The position numbers were made by a program, and so were the translations under genes. 64,000 bases of DNA from Camelus ferus (lineage: Eukaryota): assembly GCF_009834535.1 (NCBI RefSeq), contig NC_045699.1, positions 74,586,001 through 74,650,000 of the forward strand, read 5' to 3'. A model generated the notes under the pieces. The model was not told the DNA's origin, did no database searches, and was given only the letters and a program-made list of their open reading frames with translations. This document shows, one piece after another, positions 21,730 through 31,582 of this stretch. Positions within the stretch are counted from its first letter, which is position 1. The number at the start of each line of letters is the position of its first letter.

Positions 21730-24700
21730 TCAGTCGCAGATGGACGGCTTGTTGGCCCGGTAGCTGGGGTGGAAGTTGAACCGGTCGAAGGAGGTGATGT
21801 AGTTGTCGGGACCTGTCACGATGCTCTTCTCCATGTACACGTTGAAAGTATTGTTCTGGAACATTCCACCAGCTGCAAGTTGTTTAGAAAATCTATGCGA
21901 ATTTGGATAAAATACCTTCTGGAAGTGAAAAGGGAACACTTGGATTAGTGATGCATGGTAGCGCTCTGGAGCAGTCAGTCACGAGGCATTTCTGGAAGAA
22001 GAATAAGAATTTGTAAGAAAAGGTCTCTATCCCTAAGGAGCAGAGAAGCCAGGGTGGGCAGGCTGGCCCGGGTTGCCCCTGACCTTCCCACTTCACGCCT
22101 CATGTCAGGCAGTAAGTATTACCAGTACCTCCTTCCACTAGGACGTGGACAGGAGGGTCCACTACGGCCCCCCGGACGAGGCGCTGCCGCACCTGGGCCC
22201 GGCACCCGGGTCAGGCCCAAGCGGCACCCGGGTCTGCGCCTGCCGGCTCTGCTGCTGGGGCCAGTCACCAGGCCGCTCTGCGCTGGAGCTTCCCTTCTGT
22301 GGAAAAGAGCCAACGTCAGTGGGCTTCAGCCTTGCCTGTGTGTTGGAATCCCTTGCGGAACTTTGAAAGGACCCTGATGCCCACACCCCACCAGCCGAGG
22401 GGGCCGGGGACGGGCTGCCCTAGCGAGGCGAGGCCGCCGGCGTGTGCGGCCCCCGAGGGTAGGAATCGTTCCGGCAGCACAGCATCCTCAGGTGACCTTG
22501 AGGTTTCTGACGCCAGTGGCCTGGACCACTGCCAGGTAGTACGGCCGGGACAGGCGACCTGTTCTCGGCCATCCTTGTGTCAAGGGGTCACTTGGCGTTT
22601 TATCTCTTCGGCAGGAAGCAAGTGCAAAGAGAAAGGGCTTCAGTGCGTCGTTTAATAGGGTTTGTTTTTCAGGGCAGTTCTGGGTCCACAGAGAACCTGA
22701 GCAGGGCGCACGGACTTCCCACACCACCTCCTCTCCAGGACACACGGGGAAGCCTCGCATCAGCCTGGTGCCCCCACGACAGCTGAGCCAGTCCCGACAG
22801 GTCATTGCTAACTGAAGCCCAGAGCCTACGTCTGGGTCCGCCTTCTGTGCTGTGCGTTCTGGGCTTTGGCAAGCGGATGGTGAATGACGTGTGCCCGCCA
22901 TCACGGCGTCACAAAGAATAGCTTCCTTGGCTGTATTTTCTAAAATGCAAAGAAAGCATTTTTGTTTTCTGTTCCCACATGGGAAGTCCACACTGAGGGC
23001 GGCTCAGTGAGTCCAGAGGCCACGTCCAGGTCAGGAAACTGCACACCAGGCTCCAGGCAAAGCAGGCTGATAAGGAGCAGGAGCAACTCCTCCCACGCTC
23101 GCCTCCTGAGAACCTGGTGCTGCGCCTCACAGAGCCCCGCGAGCCAGCCAGTGCCTCTTTTATGAAAAGCAAAACATTCGGGCCTACGTTGGTGAGTCCT
23201 CTGTCATTTTCATGGAAACAGCTGATCTCTGGGGAAACTTGGAGCCGCCTGATTCCAGAGAGGGGTCCTGAAGCACTCTAGAAAGCTTCTAGGTAAGTAA
23301 CCTTCTCGTCAGAGCCCTACCTCCCATGCACATCAATTAAATAAGCTAATATCCAGATCTTCTAAATGAGGAATAGTCTAAGAGGAAAAACACGGCCACC
23401 CCACAATGGGTGGCCCTGCTGTCTTGAGTACCTAGGGGATGCTTACGCTGGTCCCTCTGCCCTTCTCCTGGACCCAGCGGGGGCATCAGGGGGTTCCAGG
23501 ACGCCCTCTGCAGTGAGAGGTCGATCTCAAAAAGGGGTCGGGTTCCCCCAAAGGCACACAGATCCCTGCGTCCTTCTGTAACCAGTGCTTTGGTCAGCCA
23601 GTGCTACCTCTTAAGGCGGCAAGTTAATAGCTAATAAAACAAGGTATTATTCCAAAAAGAAAGCAGTTCTTCGTTTACTTGCCTCAAAACTTACTGCTTT
23701 CGGTTGCAAGAGTTGGTTGGTTGTATGAGTGAATGGGGCCAGGCCTTTGGGATGTCGTAAGCAAGTCTACATGCAATTTTTTCTTTCTCTCTCTTTTTTT
23801 TCAATCTAGGTAGTTTATTTTGGAGACAAAGCAGTACATGCCCTTTTTTCACCCTTTAAATGCTTCATTGCTAAATTCATTCACTCATTTATTTCTACCC
23901 TCCCCTGTCGCAAAAGGATTTGCGGGATCCTTTCCACTTTGTGACGTTGGAACTCTGAGCCCCTCCGCTCCTCCTCCCTCCACGCTGTGCTGCCCTTTTG
24001 AGACTTTCAGGGTTTCAGCCTCCTGCTAGAGACGCCCCACCCACACACACGAGCACGCGCACCGTTCTCTGCTTCCTGCTTACCGGCATCTCATGCACCG
24101 TGGGGGCTCTGCTCCCGTAAGCTTGGTTACTGGTCCTGTACACTGAGGGGGGACTCCTTGGCCCTGGCAGATGAGAAACATACTTTATTTTCCACTCACT
24201 TACTCTAAATTCTGCTCAAGCCACAGCTTTCACATATTGGGTCCATGGAGCCTTGTTGGAAATGCCCCAGGTTGGTGATGCCGCGGTGAACCTGGGCTCC
24301 TGCGGAGCGCGAAGCTGGCCTTCCTGGCAGGCTCAGCCTCCCGGGCCCCGCCCCTGCTGAGCTCTGCCAAAGCCCCGCGGACATCCCAGGTGGCAAGTGC
24401 TGGCCCTCAGCCCTGGCGGGGCCTGGGCCCAGGCCGTCATTTCCCGGGTGGGTGGGCGGGCTGGGAGCGGAGGGGCCGCCCCCAAGGGGAGGGTCCCTCC
24501 TACTTCTGAGCCTCCAGGAGAAAGTTTCACAGAGCGGCGGCGGGGGATTCAGACACCCCAGCTCCGTCGCGTACTAACTGCGGGCTCTCGGGCAAGGCAC
24601 TATCTTTCTGCATCCCAGCTGTCTCTCCTGGGAAATGGGGATGATAACAGAGCCAAGTGTACAGGCCGGTGGAGGCACTAAGCGAGGGGCAGGGAAGGCG

Positions 24701-25280
24701 CCGCCGGCGGGGTCTCAGAGGCTGCGGCGCAGGAAAGCTCGCAGGCCACGCCCCTCAGCAGCCTGGTGATGGACGCGTCGCCGGAGCCCCCGCCCCACCT
24801 CCGGCAGACGCGTCTTCTCAGCCTAGGGAGGAGAGGGGACGCCACCCGCCCCGGGGTGCGGCTGGGCTCAGCCTGGGCTGTGGGATTTCCCCTGGGGCAC
24901 GCCCTGCCCCGTGTCACCCCACCGAGGGGTGGGAAGCTTCAGGCAGCACTTCTGCGCCCCTCTGATGGTTGACGGGGACCCCGCTTTGACTTGGGGCCAG
25001 GCTGGGGCCCGGGATCTCTTGCACAAAGAGCTATCTAGCAGCGCGCAGGGCCAGCTGGGCATCGGTCGGCTGGACCGGCGGCCTTTCTTTCCTCTTTGCA
25101 TGCCGGGTGGACCCTGACCGGACTCCCTCGCCCTCACCTGTAGCCCCGAAACCACGCCGGGTTGTTGAACCTGGCCGGCAGGTCCTCGCTCACGCGGTAG
25201 TAGTCACTGGTTTTCTCCGGGGTGCCCTTGGCCTTGGGCTCCTCCGGCTCCGCGCACACCTGGGGGTTCTCCTCGGACAT
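21730..25280 (-). CDS. PIERCE1: Piercer of microtubule wall 1 (C9orf116), 136 aa, 3 exons: 25138-25280, 24084-24162, 21730-21918
   Basis: Spliced product MSEENPQVCAEPEEPKAKGTPEKTSDYYRVSEDLPARFNNPAWFRGYR/AKESPSVYRTSNQAYGSRAPTVHEMP/KVFYPNSHRFSKQLAAGGMFQNNTFNVYMEKSIVTGPDNYITSFDRFNFHPSYRANKPSICD*. All junctions are GT-AG and in phase (143+79+189=411 nt). Matches recalled C9orf116. Confidence 0.95.
24585..24660. mobile_element. MIR SINE remnant
   Basis: GGGCAAGGCACTATCTTTCTGCATCCCAG...GGGAAATGGGGATGATAAC resembles the MIR core. Confidence 0.5.
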
Positions 25281-26304
25281 CTCGCCTCCGTCCACCCGAG
25301 CTTCGGGGACAAGAAAGAGCAGACAGGAAACAGCCTCTCAGCCCGCGGGACCACGAGGGTCCGCGCGGCGTCCTGTTGCCAAGCGACGGGACTGGTCCCC
25401 TGCGTGGGTGGGCGGGGCCCTTAAAGGCGCCGCGCCGCGGGGACCGGGCCCCACGGCTGGCAGGTGGGGCAGAAGTCCGAGGTCTAGAACCTTCTGTGGC
25501 GAGCAGCCCAGGCCCTGTGCTGGCCGTGAGGGTGAGGAATTGCTTCCCGGGGTTGCAGTGCCGAATGCCTTATGGTCAGTAGCCATTGGCCCAGACACTT
25601 GCCAACGTTTTCTCAAACGCAGTGGGAGGCGGATTTCGGGACGGAGGAACCTCGGGCCCTGGTTCAGGTTCCCCAAGGCCGCTCCGCAGGCAGTGAGCTC
25701 ACGCTCGCCGTGTGGGCTTCTTGAGCCCCCAGCCCTCCGACTTGAGGCCCCCCCCATGAATTAGACTCCAGATTTGCCTAACTATGGAATTCTTCTAAGA
25801 CAAATGTTGTTCAAAAATTAAAACGCTTTTGGACAAGCGAGAGGTGGTGCTGTACTGGTCGGAGGTGAGGGCGGTCCCCATCGCTCGGCGGGTTCCCAAG
25901 GGGGCGACTGGGGGCCTCCTCCGCCTCCGGGCACCGTGCAGGGAGCGGGCGAGGACCCCTGGAAGGGGGACGGGGCGGGGGGACCTGCCCCCCAGGCCCC
26001 GCGCTTGCCCGGACCCCGATCCCGACCCCGCCTCATGCGCGTCCGCGGTGCCGGGCAGATGTGGGGCTCAGGGCCTCGTGCGTCCGGAGGACGGCGCGCT
26101 CCGACCCGAGGCGGGGGCCAAGGGGCGGGGACGCGTCGCGAGCGGGGCTCCCGGAGCGAAGCCGCGGGCGCGCAGTGGCACCTCCGGGCCTGCAGGCGGC
26201 GCTGCGACAGAGGCGCGGCCCGCGGCGGAAGGAGGAGCCGCTCGTGGAGCCGCCGCGTCCGCCCGCCCGCCTCTCGCGTCCGCCCGCCTCCCTGTGTCCG
26301 CGCC
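25281..26304. promoter_or_regulatory. bidirectional CpG-island promoter shared by PIERCE1 and MRPS2
   Basis: Divergent ATGs about 1.0 kb apart. CpG-rich, with GC boxes and an X-box-like element at 25375-25387. Confidence 0.75.
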
Positions 26305-29234
26305 ATGGCGTCCGGCCCGGCGCTGCCCCGGCTGCTCGGCGCGGGTGAGCGCGCCGGGGCCCTGGGGCCGGGGGCGCGGCGCGGGGCGCGGCGCGGGGCG
26401 GTGGCCCCCTTCCCGGGCCGGGGGCGGGCGGAGGGAGGCGGGGGGGGCGCGCCCCACGAGCCCGCTGTCCCCGCAGGTGTCCGGCGCAGGCCGCTCCGGC
26501 TGCACCTCGTCCCGACGGCGACTCCAGGCCCGGCCGGGCCGAGCAGCAGGACCCTGGGGAGCGCCGCGGCCCCCGCCGCCCGCGAGCCCGGGAGCAGCAG
26601 CGGTAACGCCGGCTCCTCGGCGCCGGGGGAGGGGGGTGAAACCGTCCCGCCGGGGGGCCCAGGCGCCCTGGGTTTAGACGTGGGCCCTGGAGGGACGCGG
26701 GCCCCCGGAGCCCCCGGCCCCCAGCAGCCCCACCTGCTGGGCCGCACGCGCTTCCAGGGGCCTCGGCGCGGGGGGCGGGGGGCCGCCGACCCTTCCCGGA
26801 ATCCTGGCCGTGTTTCCGCGGGCGGCTGGACGGCACCGCCGGGACTTCAGGCATCAGCCAGGCCCCTACTTTCCCAGTGAGGGTTTGACCAGGTTTACCC
26901 GGGGCGACGCCACCGTCAGACTTGGCCTCTACCTCGAGTCTCCAAAGAGGCCCCTGTGGCCCTGGGCCCCCTCAGCGTCTGGGCTTCCCGCCCTCCCCGC
27001 CCGCGGCCCCCTGGACTGGGAGCAGGGGCCCAGACCCTGCATCCTCCCTGCCTCCCCGCCCTAGATCTCAGCGAGAGGATCCTCAGCGAGCCCCTCAAGC
27101 ACTCTGACTTCTTCAACGTCAAGGAGTTGTTCTCGGTGAGAAGTCTCTTCGATGCGCGAGTGCACCTGGGACACAAAGCGGGCTGTCGGCACAGGTGGGT
27201 GACGTCCCTGGTGAGTGTGGTGATTCCTCCAGGGGTTTGGGACCCTGCCTTGGGGTCCAGGGCCACTCCAGTTTTTGCGAGAGAACAGCCCCCTCTGCCT
27301 CCAGATGGGATCACTGACCCCAAAAACGGGCAGGTGTTTATGCTCAGATTCGGTTTGTTCCCCGCTCCCATGCGTCTAACTGGGTACCTTGGAGTGGGGC
27401 CCATGGTCCTGGGTGGGGACAGGCCAGCAGCCGGTCTTGTGAACCGGTGATGGATGAGGGGGCTGCCATGGCCGCCCACATCTGGAGGGGAGGTCTGGAA
27501 GATTATGCAGACAAGTAGAAACTGGCTCAGTTTCTTCACAAAGTTGTAAGATGGCTGAGTTGGAAATGGATTGAAGGGGCAGGTGGGAGGCCACTGGGGG
27601 AGGTGGTTGTGGAAGTTCAGGGGGAGGTGACGGGCCCAGTTCCTGGGGGCAGAGTCCGGGTTGGGGTTGGTGTGGGGGGACAGAGCAGGTGTTGGTGTCC
27701 TTCCCTGAGATGGTCAAAGCCACATCAAGGCCTGGGGGACATCAGAAACTTGGTCCTGTGCCAGGTGACCTTTCGGCCACCCCAGTATTGATGTCACACA
27801 GGCCCTAGGAGGGAGTAGCCTGGGCCTGGGGGGCACCATGTCAGGACCTCTTGAGAACATCTGGAGAGGAGAGGAGGTCCCAGGCAGGACCTCTGGGCTG
27901 CCAGCATCTTAGGTTCCAGGAAGAAGGAAAGTGGCCAAGAAGAGGGAGGGAGGGCATCCACTGTGGGCAGCTACCCAGAAGTCACCTGAGGTGAGGGCAG
28001 GTGGAGGTCGTGGGGCCTCGAGCAGTCTGTTGAGAAGAAGGGACTGAATCCAGATGCGAGTGAGCAGAAGAGTGAGCAGGGGTTGAGGACCAAGGGACGG
28101 TCTCCTGCCCCCATCTCTCCGTCCTAGTCAGCCAGTCTGTGCCCTTGGGGCTCTCCTCCCGGGCCTGGCTGGCTTCTGTTCTGTCCCCTCACACTCGCAG
28201 CCCAGGGCACCCCCTGCTCTGCTGGTCCCCCAGGCGGGGTGGGGGAGGGGGAGGCAGCCTTGGTTGTAAAGCCTCAGAGACGGAACTGCAGCCGGCCCAG
28301 CAGTACCAGCAGAATGGTCTGCGCATCGCGTGGGCGTGTCCAGACAGCCGTGTGGCATGAGCTGTTAGAACCCCCATGCAGCAAAGTGGAGGTTCCGAGG
28401 TCGAAGCCGCTTGCCTGAGACGCGGAAGTGGCCTGTGGCCCAGCCTGCCCTGCCCCCGCCCCCACCCCTGGCTGCCTCTGGCCGTCACTCCTGGGACGAG
28501 GCGCTTGCCGCTCGCATCGCACTGAGGGGCTGCGGGCTGCGGGCTGCACCAGCCCCGTATGGTGTGTCCCCCGTGGAGGGGCCGAGGGGGCCCGTTCACA
28601 CTGGCCTTGGTGCGTGTCTGGCAGGTTCATGGAGCCGTTCATCTTCGGGAGCCGCTTGGACCAGGACATCATCGACCTGGACCAGACGGCCGCACACCTG
28701 CAGCTGGCCTTGAATTTCACGGCCCACGTGGCCTATCGCAAGGGCATCATCCTGTTTGTGAGCCGCAGCCGGCAGTTCTCACACCTGATCGAGAGCACGG
28801 CCCGGGACTGCGGCGAGTACGCGCACACCCGCTACTTCAAGGGCGGCCTGCTGACCAACGCGCCCATCCTCCTGGGCCCCATGGTGCGCCTGCCCGACCT
28901 CATCATCTTCTTGCACACGCTCAACAATGTCTTCGAGCCCCACGTGGCCGTGAGGGACGCGGCCAAGATGAACATCCCCACCGTGGGCATCGTGGACACC
29001 AACTGCAACCCGACCCTCATCACCTACCCCGTCCCTGGCAATGACGACTCGGCCCCCGCCGTCCACCTCTTCTGCAGGCTCTTCCAGACCACCATCAACC
29101 GGGCCAAGGAGAAGAGGAGGCAGGTCGAGGCCCTGTACAGACTGCAGGGCCCAGAGGGGGCCGCGGGCCGGGCTCCAGCCTACCCTGCTCCCCCAGGAGC
29201 GCAGGCCGGGCTGGACTTTGGTCATTCCCGTTGA
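26305..29234 (+). CDS. MRPS2: Mitochondrial ribosomal protein S2 (uS2m), 301 aa, 4 coding exons: 26305-26344, 26477-26602, 27065-27194, 28625-29234
   Basis: [14 protein letters not shown].. Arg-rich targeting peptide; [48 protein letters not shown]...[17 protein letters not shown]...PVPGNDDS uS2 signatures. GT-AG junctions in phase (906 nt). Confidence 0.97.
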
Positions 29235-29698
29235 TGGGCCACCCTCCTCCTGGGTGAAGCAGCAGCCAAGCCCGTTCCTAAGCTGGGAACAGCCCCCCAT
29301 GCCAGTCCCCTCCCTCCCCCTCCTCCCTCCCCCGTCGTCCCAGGCACTGGGTCCCTGCTACTAGGAACTTCTCAGCAGCTGCCCGCCCAGGGCTCCACGT
29401 CAGACCCACGACCCCAGCAGGCTCCCAGGGCAAGCGGCCTGTCCACAAAGGACCCATTGGGAGCCACCTTGCCCCTGGGTCCTGCAGTCCTTGCTTCTAC
29501 CTCGAGATGAGCCCCCCCATGTGTTGGCAGGGTTCTCACACCGGGTCGACTTTTACTCTCAGAACACCCCGAAGTCAGGCTGCTTCCTGCCGCCTGGTTT
29601 CAGGAGCTGTTTTGTAACATGAGGCTGCAGGGCGAGCCACTCCAAGATCCTGTCTGGGTTGGAACTGGCCGGGCAGAGCGGGCAGCACAATTCCAACA

Positions 29699-29704
29699 AA
29701 TAAA
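29699..29704 (+). terminator. poly(A) signal of MRPS2
   Basis: First AATAAA seen after the stop, about 465 nt downstream. Confidence 0.65.
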
Positions 29705-31582
29705 ACTGGGCTTCCAGCAGGACGGTGCCCGGACCATCAGGTCTGCAGTGTGGTCTGTGCTCTTGTCTCTGCTCGCCCCCGGGAGCGCACAAGACTCATC
29801 TGTGCCCTCTGGTGCTCTGGCTTCGGGAGGCAGACGTGCAGACGTGTTGGGTGGGAGGGCGGAGGCCCTGGCTGTGCCTTGGCACCGTCCTCCGTGCTGG
29901 GGCTCGGAGGCCTTGGGACCTGCCCGCGTCCTGAATGGTCAGGAAGGACGTACGGACGCTCGTTCCCGGGTTTCCTGGGTGCTCCCTCGTCAGTGAGGCC
30001 TGGGGTGAGGTGCGGGCCGCTCTTTCCGGGAGCCTGCCCTGTGGCGCTCAGCACGTTCGCTCCCGGTGTGCCTGACCGCCCCCGGGAACCTGTCTGCTGG
30101 CGAGGGTCTGTGAGGGCGGGGCAGGCTGGCGCACGGGGGCAGGAAGCCGAGTCCTGGGGTCCACTCAGCGTCTCCTTTCAGAGAGGGGGTGCGTGCTGGA
30201 GGTTCCTGGTGTTCTCTGGAGACACGCTGGGTTCCTGGTTCAGAAGGTGCAGGAAACCGAGCGTCTCTTTGAAAGCACCGACTGACCAGTCTTGCTTTGA
30301 TTTGCAAACGTGAAGTATGAAGATGCAGATCTGTAGGCAGGTAAACCGAGGGGCCCCCCCCAGGGCTTCCCCCCACTGGAGACCCCGTGTGTGGGTGTGG
30401 GTGAGTTTCCCCGAGCAGGTGGCCTGTGGGGAGAGCCAGCAGGGCCGCCCCTCGGCGTTCAGGGAGACCCCCTGTGGGAGCCGAGGGCCTGGAGATGAGC
30501 ACAGTGTGGAAATGCTTCCTGGCCGTCCATGCACAGGAGTTCCCGGAGCACAAACTGGGCCTCCCCAAGGCTGCAGGGGGTCCACACCACCCCTCAGAAG
30601 CGGGCATTTAGGGCACCACAGGCAGCCTGGGGGCGGTGAGTGACACGCAGGGAGACATGAGTACACAGGAGCCGTGGGACTGGCTGGAGGGGAGCAGCCC
30701 GGGGGGACAGACTCCCTGGAGCACCCCTGCCTCACCCCATTCCCTAGGGGACCCTAGGATACTTAGAACCCGCTATGGATCCAGGCAGTGAAGACCAGCA
30801 GGGGCGACAGCAGTGTCTGAGTCACTGGCTGTGCTTCCAGCCCGGGTGCTGGGGGCAGGGTGGGCAGGAGCGGCGTACCCAGTGGGTGTCCCAGTGGACA
30901 AGCAGAAGCAAATGAGCCCGATGGGTCCAGCTGCACGAGGACCAGAGCCAGGGTCGGGGCCTCTCTGGGAAGAGCAGCGAGGGGACCAGAGGGGCTCAGG
31001 TTGACGGAGCGGGCGTGGCCTCAGCCCTGCGGGAGGGCACCTCCAAGTTTGCCTCCCTGGCGGTGAACCCCAAGAGATGCCAGAAGCTCTGAAGGGGGTG
31101 AATGCGCCTAGCCTTGGGGGCACGAGAGGAAGGGCCGCCCCCGAGCCCTCGACTTGCCCTTTATGCCTGAGCTCTGGGCCCTGCCCGCTGGCCCCGCAGG
31201 CGCCTGGAAGAGCCGGGCTCCGGACTGGGCAGGTGCACCACGCCCCCAGCCTGGGCCAGGACAAGCCTAGGGCGACCGTGGGCACAGAGGGTCTCCAGAA
31301 CCAGGCCTCGGGATGGCTGTGACCAGACGCCACCCAGACACCTCCCCAGGGCCCCGCCCAGGGCTTCGCCTCTTGAGTGCCCAGTCCCCCGCCAAGAAGC
31401 TGGGCCCCTCCCTTCACCCACCAGTGCCGTCCACCCCGGGCCTAGGCCGGGTGCGAAGACAGTTTGCACGTATTTGTAAGGCTGACCGAGACAAGTCTTT
31501 GTGTGCTGTTGCGTTTCAGGATGTGAACATGGATATTTGGGGATTGTTTTTGAACTGCCTTTCCTTTGAAAATTGGCCCCCG

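Noticed and set aside
25818-26880. Several 270-314 aa ORFs on both strands
   Set aside because: CpG-island artefacts; only the parts matching MRPS2 exons 1-2 are real.
31220-31270. GQVHH peptide resembling RALGDS exon 2 (KVQLHH)
   Set aside because: The match is only about 14 nt, with no splice sites or flanking similarity. It could be chance.
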